Shown in pieces: positions 8,132 to 17,110 of a stretch of DNA of 64,000 nucleotides. Location of the stretch: positions 69,069 to 133,068 of the forward strand of contig DAOTWF010000030.1 in NCBI GenBank assembly GCA_034435835.1, read 5' to 3'. Numbering within the stretch: the first letter of the stretch is position 1; every line of letters begins with the position of its first letter. The notes beneath the pieces are model-generated. The model was not told where the DNA came from and searched no databases. It saw only the letters and a list, made by a program, of their open reading frames with translations. This DNA comes from Dehalococcoidia bacterium (GTDB lineage: Bacteria > Chloroflexota > Dehalococcoidia > GIF9 > UBA5629). A program made the position numbers and the translations under genes.

Positions 8132-10057
8132 TCAATCCTGTGCACCCTTCCCCGCTTTCTGCACCGGCACCGGCTCAGAAGGAACCTCAATGCGCTCACC
8201 AGACACCTTCGCCACCGCCGAAAAGCGCGCCGGACACACATCCAGACAGGTGCCACACTTTATACATTTGTCCTGCTCTATTATGTGTACCAGCCGCTTG
8301 CCACCTTTGATAGCTTCCACCGGACAGTTGCGCATGCATATCATGCACCCCTGACATTTATCCGGTAGAATATAGAAGACTATCAGATCTTTGCACACCA
8401 GGGCCGGACAGCGTCTTTCTTTTATATGCGCCTCATATTCGCCACGGAAATAACGCAGCGTGGTCAGCACCGGGTTCGGTGCCGTCTGTCCCAGCCCGCA
8501 GAGCGACCCCTGCTTCACCGTCATGGCGATCCTCTCCAGTTGGTCAATGTCATCAGGCTTTCCCTGCCCCTCGACAATGCGCTTGAGAATGTCCAGCATC
8601 TGCCTGGTGCCCACACGACAGGGCGGGCATTTGCCGCAGGACTCCGCCTGCGTGAAGGCTAGAAAATATTTGGTCAGGTCTACCATACAGGTGTCCTCAT
8701 CAGCCACTATCATCCCACCAGACCCCATGATGGAGCCAGCCGCAGTCAGCGATTCGTAGTCCACAGGAGAATCAAGCAGCGATGCCGGTAGACAGCCACC
8801 AGAAGGACCACCAGTCTGAACCGCCTTGAACTGCTTCCCTTTGAGGATGCCACCACCAATATCGTAGATGATCTGCCGCAAGGTAATGCCCAGCGGCACC
8901 TCGATAAGACCGGTCATCTCCACCTTGCCCACCAGAGCAAAGGTCTTCGTGCCCTTGCTCCGCTCAGTACCATACTGCGCATACCAGTCGGCCCCCTTCT
9001 GCAGAATCAGAGCCGCACTAGCCCAGGTCTCCACGTTGTTGATATTCGTCGGCTTGCCCCACAGACCGGATATCGCAGGGAACGGCGGCCTGGGCCTGGG
9101 CATACCGCGCTTTCCTTCAATGGATGCCAGCAGGGCAGTCTCTTCACCACAGACAAACGCCCCAGCACCCTCTTTTATCTTTATGTGCAGGCTGAACCCA
9201 GAACCAAGAATGTCGTCCCCTATCAACCCGTACTCTTCCATCTGCTTCAGCGCCAGCCGCAGCCTTTCCAGCGCCAGGGGATACTCGGCACGACAATAGA
9301 TATAACCTCGGTTCGCCCCGATGGCATAGGCACCGATGACCATGCCCTCAAGCACTGAATGAGGATCGCCCTCCAGAAGAGAACGATTCATGAACGCCCC
9401 GGGATCACCTTCATCAGCATTACAGATAATGTATTTCTCTACCCCAGGAGCACGCCTGCAAAACTCCCACTTCTGCCCTGTGGGAAACCCTGCACCTCCT
9501 CTCCCCCGTAAACCAGACTTCTTTATCTCCTCGATGATCGCCTCAGGCGACATGCTCAGCGCCTTCACCAGCCCACTGTAGCCACCATTGGCAATATAAT
9601 GGTCGATGTTCTCCGGGTCGATAAGCCCACAGTTGCGCAGCACCAGCCTCACCTGCGGCTTGAGCACCGGAAGGTCAAAAAGGGCAGGAATGCCGTCAAC
9701 CTTGCCATCCCCTATGTAGCCAAGCGCTAAATCGGAGCGGGGATTATCGTGTACCAGATAGTCAGAGAGCAGTTGCTTTACGGTCTCCGGCTGTACACCG
9801 CCATAAATAATCTGAGGCCTGCCAGGCTTGATGATCCCAACCATCGGCTCAGCATAGCATAAGCCCATACACCCCACCTGGATCACTATGGCTTCTAAGC
9901 CGTGCTGCACCAACACCTCATCTATCGCCCTGAGCACACCATCAGCTCCAGCCGCCCTGCCACACGTGCCAGCACCCACCAGGATCCGGGGCTTGGGGCT
10001 CCCCTCTAGCTTCTCCCACTCGGCAAAAGCACGCTTCTGGATCTCAGCAAAGGTCAT
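8132..10057 (-). CDS. NuoF/HydB-like NAD(H)-binding FMN Fe-S subunit with an N-terminal thioredoxin-like [2Fe-2S] domain and C-terminal 2x[4Fe-4S]
   Basis: 641 aa. Motifs seen: GRGGAGFPTGQKWEF (FMN/NADH site), ESCGKCPPCRVG (N3 cluster), and C-terminal CQGCMICMRNCP and CIKCGTCLDVCP. The N-terminal region reads ILVGAGTCGRAAG...VGCMGLCYAEP. Confidence 0.85.
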   Translation of the reverse strand: MTFAEIQKRAFAEWEKLEGSPKPRILVGAGTCGRAAGADGVLRAIDEVLVQHGLEAIVIQVGCMGLCYAEPMVGIIKPGRPQIIYGGVQPETVKQLLSDYLVHDNPRSDLALGYIGDGKVDGIPALFDLPVLKPQVRLVLRNCGLIDPENIDHYIANGGYSGLVKALSMSPEAIIEEIKKSGLRGRGGAGFPTGQKWEFCRRAPGVEKYIICNADEGDPGAFMNRSLLEGDPHSVLEGMVIGAYAIGANRGYIYCRAEYPLALERLRLALKQMEEYGLIGDDILGSGFSLHIKIKEGAGAFVCGEETALLASIEGKRGMPRPRPPFPAISGLWGKPTNINNVETWASAALILQKGADWYAQYGTERSKGTKTFALVGKVEMTGLIEVPLGITLRQIIYDIGGGILKGKQFKAVQTGGPSGGCLPASLLDSPVDYESLTAAGSIMGSGGMIVADEDTCMVDLTKYFLAFTQAESCGKCPPCRVGTRQMLDILKRIVEGQGKPDDIDQLERIAMTVKQGSLCGLGQTAPNPVLTTLRYFRGEYEAHIKERRCPALVCKDLIVFYILPDKCQGCMICMRNCPVEAIKGGKRLVHIIEQDKCIKCGTCLDVCPARFSAVAKVSGERIEVPSEPVPVQKAGKGAQD

Positions 10058-10059
10058 CT

Positions 10060-10509
10060 TTACTTGTATCGCTCCAACATTTCTTTAGCCCCGGACACCG
10101 TCATCCTACCGTAGACATCTTTATCGACGACCACCACCGGTGCCAGAGCACAGGAACCAAAACAGGCCACCCTCTCAAGACTGAAGCGGTTGTCATCGGT
10201 TGTCCCGCCAGACTCCACCCCCAGCTCCCGCTTCATCTCATCGAAGATACGTTCACCGCCCCTGACATGGCATGCCGTCCCCAGACAGACCTTGATGTTG
10301 TGTCTGCCACGGCGGGTAAAGTAAAACTGGGCATAAAAAGAGGCGACCCCGAACACCTCGCTCTCCGATATACGGCACAACGTGGCTATCCGGGAGACCG
10401 CCTCCTCAGAAAGGTAGCCGTACTTTTCCTGTACTTTTTGCAAAATCGGAATTAACGCACCCTTCTCACCACCGTACTCTGCCACAATTTGGGCTAGTTC
10501 ATCAGACAA
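10060..10509 (-). CDS. NuoE/HydC-like [2Fe-2S] thioredoxin-fold subunit
   Basis: 149 aa with a TTG start and a GGAGAG RBS. KVCLGTACHVRG and ERVACFGSCALAPVVVVD carry the NuoE cluster cysteines. The stop lies 2 nt before the nuoF-like start. Confidence 0.85.
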   Translation of the reverse strand: MSDELAQIVAEYGGEKGALIPILQKVQEKYGYLSEEAVSRIATLCRISESEVFGVASFYAQFYFTRRGRHNIKVCLGTACHVRGGERIFDEMKRELGVESGGTTDDNRFSLERVACFGSCALAPVVVVDKDVYGRMTVSGAKEMLERYK

Positions 10510-10541
10510 CTGGCTCTCCGTGGAAAAGCAATCGGTCAGAT

Positions 10542-10570
10542 AGTTTAGCAGAACGCGGTATCTCCGTCAA
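10542..10570 (-). promoter_or_regulatory. Candidate promoter of the FDH operon (TTGACG-N17-TAAACT)
   Basis: The minus strand reads TTGACGgagataccgcgttctgcTAAACT, about 30 nt upstream of the nuoE-like TTG start. Motif match only. Confidence 0.4.
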
Positions 10571-10607
10571 ATACATTCGGTTTTGTCGCAGTCGCATATG
10601 AAAACAC

Positions 10608-13325
10608 TCAATGTCTTCCCGTTTCCGTCACCCGTCTGATCACAATTTTGGCTATTTCAAGGATCGGAAAAATTGATGCCGCGGCTAGAATCACAATCAC
10701 CCAGTCAAACCAGGGTAAGGGAAAGGTGTTGAACGGCTCTTGAAGAAATGGTGTATAGACTATCACTGACAATAATAGAACCTCCCACAATATGGCAAGA
10801 TTCAGCCATTTGTTCCGAAAAAGACCGATTTTAAAAACAGAATGTATATCCGAGCGAAAATTATAGGCTTTGAAAAATTGTATAAGTACAAGGTTGACAA
10901 AACACATACTCTGCGCTTCTGTCATGCTCTTACCGGCGTCTAGAGCCCATTTGAATATCACCAAATTAGTTAGACAGGACCAGATGCCCCCGACAGCTAT
11001 AAGCACCACCACTGGTGTAGTAAAAATACCTTGCCCACGTGGCCTCGGTTTTCGTTGCATAATATCGGGGGCGGGTGGGTCAACAGATAGGGCAATGGCC
11101 GGCAGACCATCCGTGGCAAGATTGACCCAGAGGATCTGAATAGCAACGAGAGGAATCGCTCCGTAAGGTAGCCCGAACAAGGGCCCGAAAAGAATAGCAA
11201 CCGCCATCAGCAGTATTTCACCGATATTTGACGAAAGTAAGTACATGAGGTACTTCTTGATGTTATCGAATATTGCCCGCCCTTCCTCGACCGCCGCTAC
11301 TATGGAGACGAAGTTGTCATCGGTAAGCACCATGTCAGCCGCCTCCTTGGTAACGTCGGTGCCGGTAACACCCATGGCTACCCCGATATCCGCCTTCTTC
11401 AGCGCCGGAGCATCGTTCACCCCATCTCCGGTCATCGCCACCACATGCCCTTTCTTGGTCAATGCTTCTACCACCCTCAATTTGTGCACCGGCGATACCC
11501 GGGCGTAGATCTCCACACTCTCCACAAGCCTCTCGAACTCCTCGTCGCTTATCGCGTCCAGCTCCTCACCGTCCAGGGCAATCCCGTCTTTCAGCACCCC
11601 TAACTCCCTGGCAATGGCCACCGCAGTGAGCTTATGGTCGCCGGTTATCATCACCGACTTTATCCCCGCCTGCTCGCAGAGCCTCACCGCCTCCTTAGCC
11701 TCCTCCCGCGGCGGGTCTATCATACCTATCAGACCGAGAAATACCATACCTTGGTCAAGAGCCTGATGATTACCTTCAGATACCATCTTATAAGCCACCC
11801 CGAGCACGCGCAGAGCTCCTTCTGCCATCGTGCGGGCTGCCCTTAGTATCTTCTCCCGCTGCCCCGCGCTCAACTCCACTTCTTGCCCGTCATGAAAAAT
11901 ATGGTTACATGCCGCCAGCACCACCTCGGGCGCACCCTTGGAGTAGGCGACCAGACCACCATCGGGCAAGCGGTGGACGGTGGTCATCCGCTTGGTCTCC
12001 GAAGAGAATGGTGTCTCCCCAACGCGCGGTAACCTCCGGCACAACTCCTCTCTCATTAGCCCCGCCTTGGCCGCTGCCACTATGAGAGCGCCCTCGGTGG
12101 GGTCACCCCGCACCTGCCAGTTACCGTCAATACAAGCAAGCGAGGCATCATTGCACAGGGCTACAGCCTCCAGCAGCAACTTTAAGCCACGTTCCTGCTC
12201 GACATCGAGTGCCACTCCGTTTATGTAAAAGCCACCTTTGGGTTCATATCCGGAGCCAGCTACCTCCACGAACCTGCCATCGACGAAAATCCGCTTCACT
12301 GTCATCTGGTTCTGCGTCAGTGTGCCCGTCTTGTCCGAGCAGATAAATGTGGTGCAGCCCAACGTCTCCACCGCGGGCAGCTTCCGTATCAGGGCATGCC
12401 GCTTCACCATCCTCTGCACACCAAGAGCCAACGATATGGTGACCACCGCCGGCAGGGCTTCGGGTACAGCCGCCACTGCCAGGCTCACCCCCCAGATGAC
12501 CATCTCCAGTATCTCGTGGCCCCTCATCACCCCTATGCCAGCCAGGACACAACACAATACCAGGGCTGCAATACCAATATACTTCCCCAGTCTGTCCAGA
12601 TTTATCTGAAGCGGCGTGCGCTCCTTCTCCACCTCCCCGAGTAGTCTGGCAATCTTGCCGAACTCAGTTGCCATACCGGTGGCGGTCACCACCCCTTTCC
12701 CCCTGCCATAGACCACCACCGTGCCCGTAAATGCCATGTTCAACCGGTCACCCACTGACACCTTGCCTTCCACAGGGTCTACCATCTTCTCCACAGGCGT
12801 TGATTCTCCGGTCAGAGGTGCCTCATCCGTCTTTAAATTGACCGCCTCGACGAGCCTCATGTCAGCCGGTACCTTGTCTCCCGTGCCGAGCAGCACAATA
12901 TCGCCGGGTACCAGTTCACAGGCTGCAATTGTAATTTCCTCCCCGTCCCTGATGACCCTCGCCTGTGGCGCTGCCATCCTCTTCAAAGCTTCCATAGCAC
13001 GCTCAGCACGGTACTCCTGGTAGAACCCCAGGCCGGCAGCGAAAAGCACAATGACAAAAATAACAATAGCATCCGCCACCTCACCAAGGACGGCCGACAG
13101 TGCCACCGCGACCAGCAGGATGATGATGAGGAAGTTCTTGAACTGCTCTAGGAAAAGCTGCCAGGCTGAGACTCGCTTCTTCTCCACCAGCTCATTGAGA
13201 CCACATTCAGCAAGCCTCCGCTCCGCCTCTTCGCGGGATAGTCCCATCGTCGGGTCCGAACCGAGACGGCTCAGCACCTGGGGGACGGTAAGGTTATACC
13301 AGTTGGCTGTGCCGTTTACCACCAT
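10608..13325 (-). CDS. P2-type cation-transporting ATPase (Ca2+-ATPase-like, SERCA/PMCA class)
   Basis: 905 aa. It has an N-terminal Cation_ATPase_N-like region, the phosphorylation site ICSDKTGTLTQN, TGDHKLTA, the hinge MTGDGVNDAPALKKADIGVAMG, and about 10 hydrophobic segments. Confidence 0.85.
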   Translation of the reverse strand: MVVNGTANWYNLTVPQVLSRLGSDPTMGLSREEAERRLAECGLNELVEKKRVSAWQLFLEQFKNFLIIILLVAVALSAVLGEVADAIVIFVIVLFAAGLGFYQEYRAERAMEALKRMAAPQARVIRDGEEITIAACELVPGDIVLLGTGDKVPADMRLVEAVNLKTDEAPLTGESTPVEKMVDPVEGKVSVGDRLNMAFTGTVVVYGRGKGVVTATGMATEFGKIARLLGEVEKERTPLQINLDRLGKYIGIAALVLCCVLAGIGVMRGHEILEMVIWGVSLAVAAVPEALPAVVTISLALGVQRMVKRHALIRKLPAVETLGCTTFICSDKTGTLTQNQMTVKRIFVDGRFVEVAGSGYEPKGGFYINGVALDVEQERGLKLLLEAVALCNDASLACIDGNWQVRGDPTEGALIVAAAKAGLMREELCRRLPRVGETPFSSETKRMTTVHRLPDGGLVAYSKGAPEVVLAACNHIFHDGQEVELSAGQREKILRAARTMAEGALRVLGVAYKMVSEGNHQALDQGMVFLGLIGMIDPPREEAKEAVRLCEQAGIKSVMITGDHKLTAVAIARELGVLKDGIALDGEELDAISDEEFERLVESVEIYARVSPVHKLRVVEALTKKGHVVAMTGDGVNDAPALKKADIGVAMGVTGTDVTKEAADMVLTDDNFVSIVAAVEEGRAIFDNIKKYLMYLLSSNIGEILLMAVAILFGPLFGLPYGAIPLVAIQILWVNLATDGLPAIALSVDPPAPDIMQRKPRPRGQGIFTTPVVVLIAVGGIWSCLTNLVIFKWALDAGKSMTEAQSMCFVNLVLIQFFKAYNFRSDIHSVFKIGLFRNKWLNLAILWEVLLLSVIVYTPFLQEPFNTFPLPWFDWVIVILAAASIFPILEIAKIVIRRVTETGRH

Positions 13326-13331
13326 TCAGTC

Positions 13332-14363
13332 CTAGGCTACGGATGCTGGCCAGGGCTTCTCGCCTAAAGCGATGCGACATAGGTCGGTGATGAATATTTT
13401 GGGTAAGCTAAACTGCGAGCTGGGGCGACGCAACACCCGGTCACAGACCGGGCAACAGGTCACGATAGCTTCAGCACCAGAGGCGATGGCGTCCTCAAAG
13501 TTCTTCTTCTGCATCTCGATGGCGAGCTCCCTATTGGTATAGATGATGGGTGCACTGCAACACACCGCCTCCAGCCGCTCATACTTTCTCGGCAGCCTCT
13601 CAACACCCACCAGCTCAAATATCTCGTCCAGGAAGCTGTCATACTCGGGAATCCATCTGGTGGCGCAGTTTGCCTGGAAGGCTATCTTCCTGCCTATCCT
13701 CGTAATTCTGTCCCTGTGCTCCCTAAGATAACTACACAGGTACTCATAGAGGTGCATGTACTTGAAGGAGACTTTGAACCCGTACTCCTTGGCTTTCACA
13801 TGGGCAAGCACAAAACCTTCGTTGTGCATGTAGACCACTTCTTTGCCGAAGCTGGCAAGCCTGTCAAGGACGAGCCGACCATACCTTTCCACAAAGCTCT
13901 CACCGCCCATGTGCACACACCCGCAGAGGGACATAAATTCAGCACCCCTGACCACCGTCATACCCCTGAACAACTGGCTCTCCAGCGTACCCTCTGGAAA
14001 CTCATCAAACCGAAAGGAATCGAGTGACAACAGCGGCTTATCCGGCTCTCCGGGTATCACCTGCCTCGGCTCACCCCGCCCTTCAAGCCCCCTGGCTAGA
14101 GTTTCCAGCATCGGCCTGCCCACAGCCACTATCGGGGCGGTGCCCAGCTTCTCCTGCATCCTGAAGATGAGGTTGACCGGGTCAGCTCCCGTGGGACAAT
14201 AGCTGCTGCATGCCAGGCAGGTGATGCACCTGTGCAGAATCTCAGCATCCTTGCCCTCCATCAACAGCCTCAGCTCCACCACCGCCCTCTCCTTATCAAA
14301 GTCCACATACCGGCACTTCACCAGACAGTCCCCGCAAAGGTCGCATTTAGAAGCATCCCACAT
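13332..14363 (-). CDS. Fe-S oxidoreductase, 2x[4Fe-4S] ferredoxin-like N-terminus plus one CCG (HdrB/HdrD/GlpC-type) cysteine-rich domain
   Basis: 343 aa. Motifs are CDLCGDCLVKC and CITCLACSSYCP, then the CCG-type pattern C-x34-CC-x(33-34)-CxxC (NCATRW...AVCCSAP...TCCPVC). The stop lies 6 nt before the ATPase start. Confidence 0.7.
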   Translation of the reverse strand: MWDASKCDLCGDCLVKCRYVDFDKERAVVELRLLMEGKDAEILHRCITCLACSSYCPTGADPVNLIFRMQEKLGTAPIVAVGRPMLETLARGLEGRGEPRQVIPGEPDKPLLSLDSFRFDEFPEGTLESQLFRGMTVVRGAEFMSLCGCVHMGGESFVERYGRLVLDRLASFGKEVVYMHNEGFVLAHVKAKEYGFKVSFKYMHLYEYLCSYLREHRDRITRIGRKIAFQANCATRWIPEYDSFLDEIFELVGVERLPRKYERLEAVCCSAPIIYTNRELAIEMQKKNFEDAIASGAEAIVTCCPVCDRVLRRPSSQFSLPKIFITDLCRIALGEKPWPASVA

Positions 14364-14664
14364 TATCGTTCTCGCGTAAGTCCTTCACACGAAACGCAAT
14401 TATACGACCTGTCCCCCTTGCCGTCAAAACGCCGACACCGCAAACCAGTCTGCCCTGTACCAAAGTCTCCCTTTTTCTTTACCCCCCACTTTGACAGACA
14501 TCTTCCCACCGGCACCTGATAGTGCTATACTTCCTGCAGCCAGGACAAAGAAGGGGGATCGGGCTAACCAGACCAGCCGGAAGCTATACCCAAACCAAAA
14601 TCAGCGCATTTTAACACTTGCGCGGTGGACCGACGGTCAGACCGACTTCAGGGGGTGAGCAGAA

Positions 14665-15714
14665 ATGACCGGGCTTAAATTCGACAAAACGAAGTGCACA
14701 AACTGCAAAGGTGTCTTCTGTCTCACCAAATGCCAGTATATCCAACTGAGCCAAGATGCCGCCAGAAAAGAGTGGCAGAAAATAGTCGACGGCGAAGACT
14801 CATTTGTCCTGGAAGCCTGCACCACCTGCTATGCCTGTGAGGAATACTGTCCCTTTAACAACCACCCCTTCTATCTCATCGTCGAGCGACAGGAGCAAAA
14901 AGGCATACTGCCAGCGCCCAGGCCCATAATCACCATGTGGATCAACCAGTGCCAGCCCGTGGGCAGGTTTACCGTGGGGAGGGTCGGGGAAAGGATGCTG
15001 TCCTACTGCTTTCTTCCCCATTTCAATACGCTGGTGAAGGGCAAGCTCTTCGACGACACCGCCGGCGCTGTGGTCTTCGGCCAGGAATTTTTCTGCAACG
15101 CCGTCTACCTGCACTACGCCCGGACATCGGTGATAAAAGAAAGGCTGCCCCAGATAGTGGCAAACATCGGTAGGCTGGGCGTAAAGGAGCTCGTCTGCCT
15201 ACACGATGAATGCTACGGCACCTTCGCCTCCCTAGCACCAGCCTACGGCATCGAGGTACCGTTCAAGCCTGTCCACTATTTCGAGTACCTCTACAGCAGG
15301 CTGAAAGAGCTCGGCAAGGCGGTGAAAAAGCTAAATGTCAAAGCTGCCTACCAGCGCAACTGCTCCTCCCACCTCGCCCCGGAGACAGACAGACTCGTCG
15401 ATGATATTTTCAGCCTCATCGGGGTGGAAAGGGCTAAAAGGGAATACGACAGAGATAATGCACTGTGCTGCGCCGAAATCGTCCGCATGGGAAAGGGTCC
15501 TGCTCTCGCAGACGATATACAGAGAAAAAATATAGATGACATGGTGAAAGCCAGTTCTGAATATTGCGTGTTCAACTGCCCCGCTTGCTGGGATGCCCTG
15601 GCAGACAGAGTCGCCAGAAGGGGGATAAAGCCAATACATGTCATAGACCTCTGCAAGCTGGCGATAGGCGAATCCCAGTCTCTCAAGCTTCCCGAATTAG
15701 CAGTGGAGGTATAA
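14665..15714 (+). CDS. Fe-S oxidoreductase, paralogue of 13332..14363 (ferredoxin-like N-terminus plus one CCG domain)
   Basis: 349 aa with the same architecture: CTNCKGVFCLTKC (spacing altered), CTTCYACEEYCP, then NCSSHL...ALCCAEIV...FNCPACW. A GGGGGTGA RBS precedes the ATG. Confidence 0.7.
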   Translation: MTGLKFDKTKCTNCKGVFCLTKCQYIQLSQDAARKEWQKIVDGEDSFVLEACTTCYACEEYCPFNNHPFYLIVERQEQKGILPAPRPIITMWINQCQPVGRFTVGRVGERMLSYCFLPHFNTLVKGKLFDDTAGAVVFGQEFFCNAVYLHYARTSVIKERLPQIVANIGRLGVKELVCLHDECYGTFASLAPAYGIEVPFKPVHYFEYLYSRLKELGKAVKKLNVKAAYQRNCSSHLAPETDRLVDDIFSLIGVERAKREYDRDNALCCAEIVRMGKGPALADDIQRKNIDDMVKASSEYCVFNCPACWDALADRVARRGIKPIHVIDLCKLAIGESQSLKLPELAVEV

Positions 15715-15718
15715 TGCC

Positions 15719-17110
15719 TTGGTAACCACAAATGCTATCTACGAATCCCTGGTCAAAATCGTGGGCAAGAGCTATGTCTCTGCCAGCAAAGAAGAAAGGT
15801 ACTTCTATGCCCGGGACGGTGGCTTGATGCCGCCGCATGAGCCCGATTTCGTGGTGCTGCCTCGGACGACGGAAGAGGTGCAGGAGATAGTCAGGCTGGC
15901 AAACAGAGAAAAGATACCGATAGTCCCCGCCGGCGCCGGGCTGGCGCTCACCGGCCTGGTGATACCACAGAAGGGCGGCATCGTGGTGGACATGAAGCGG
16001 ATGGACAAGATTATAGAGGTAAACGAGAAAGCCAGGTATGTAATCGTGGAGGGGGGCACCACCCAGGGGACACTGAAAAGCTATTTGCAGAAGCACTACC
16101 CCCACCTGAGGCACAGTATACCGGATGCGCCCCCATCAGCCACAGTGGTCGCCAATGCGGTAATACACGGGCAGGGGCGTCTGGCACACCAGCACGGCTT
16201 CAACTCCGACATGGTCTCCGGGCTGGAGGTGGTGCTGCCCACCGGAGAAGTCTGTCGCATCGGTTCCTGTTCTGTATCACCATATTGGTTCTCAAAAGGA
16301 CCGCCTTTGCCTGACCTCAGCGGGCTCTTTCTCGGCTGGTTCGGTACAACAGGCATCATTACCAAGCTCGGCTTGAAGCTCTATCCTTGCAAGAAGCTGA
16401 GAGACGTGATGGTGCTGCTCACAGATAAAGTTGAGCTTGTGCCAGACATCATGCTCAGGCTCAGCCACACTGAGATGGTGGAGGATGTGGTCGTCTCAGC
16501 CCAGCCCCTGCCCCTCAGGTTCAAAGGCACCTTCTGGATCATGACCTACATCACTGGCGATTCGGACGAAGAGCTTGAGTTCAAGCGCAAGATGGTCTGG
16601 GACTCAGTCTGGGACTATTTCCAGAGCCGCGATGTCGGCTTCATCAGCACCTCGCCGGAGGGAAAGGCACCACTCCTATCCATGCCTTCCAAGGACACCA
16701 CCAGGTTCGCCGATGTGGCTAAGGGCGGCGGCTTCCAGTACGCCGGACCGATAACCCCCATCGAAAAGTTCCCCGCCTTCATCCGTAAGCTCGAGGAGGT
16801 GGCTGCCAAATACAATGTATTCTATGGCTCCACCACCCGCCTCATCGGCTCGGGGCACTGTATGATGTTCAGCTTTTCTTTCTCCTTCAACCGTGCAAAT
16901 CCGGACGAGATGGCAAGGGCTAAGAAGGCCCTGGACGAATGCAGCAGGTTCGCCCTCGAGGAAGGGGCTGTTCTCTGGAAACCGGACGTGGATGAGCAGC
17001 GGATGATAATGGAAAGGATGGACCCGAACACGCTCGAACTGATGAAAAGGATAAAACAGCTCCTCGACCCCAACGGCATTATGAACCCGGGCAACTGGGA
17101 GATGAGATGA
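15719..17110 (+). CDS. FAD-linked oxidase (GlcD / D-2-hydroxyacid dehydrogenase, PCMH-type FAD-binding family)
   Basis: 463 aa with a TTG start. The N-terminus is typical of the family (VVLPRTTEEVQEIVRLANREKIPIVPAGAGLALTG). The C-terminal tail (LLDPNGIMNPGN) is characteristic of GlcD-like proteins. Confidence 0.8.
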   Translation: MVTTNAIYESLVKIVGKSYVSASKEERYFYARDGGLMPPHEPDFVVLPRTTEEVQEIVRLANREKIPIVPAGAGLALTGLVIPQKGGIVVDMKRMDKIIEVNEKARYVIVEGGTTQGTLKSYLQKHYPHLRHSIPDAPPSATVVANAVIHGQGRLAHQHGFNSDMVSGLEVVLPTGEVCRIGSCSVSPYWFSKGPPLPDLSGLFLGWFGTTGIITKLGLKLYPCKKLRDVMVLLTDKVELVPDIMLRLSHTEMVEDVVVSAQPLPLRFKGTFWIMTYITGDSDEELEFKRKMVWDSVWDYFQSRDVGFISTSPEGKAPLLSMPSKDTTRFADVAKGGGFQYAGPITPIEKFPAFIRKLEEVAAKYNVFYGSTTRLIGSGHCMMFSFSFSFNRANPDEMARAKKALDECSRFALEEGAVLWKPDVDEQRMIMERMDPNTLELMKRIKQLLDPNGIMNPGNWEMR

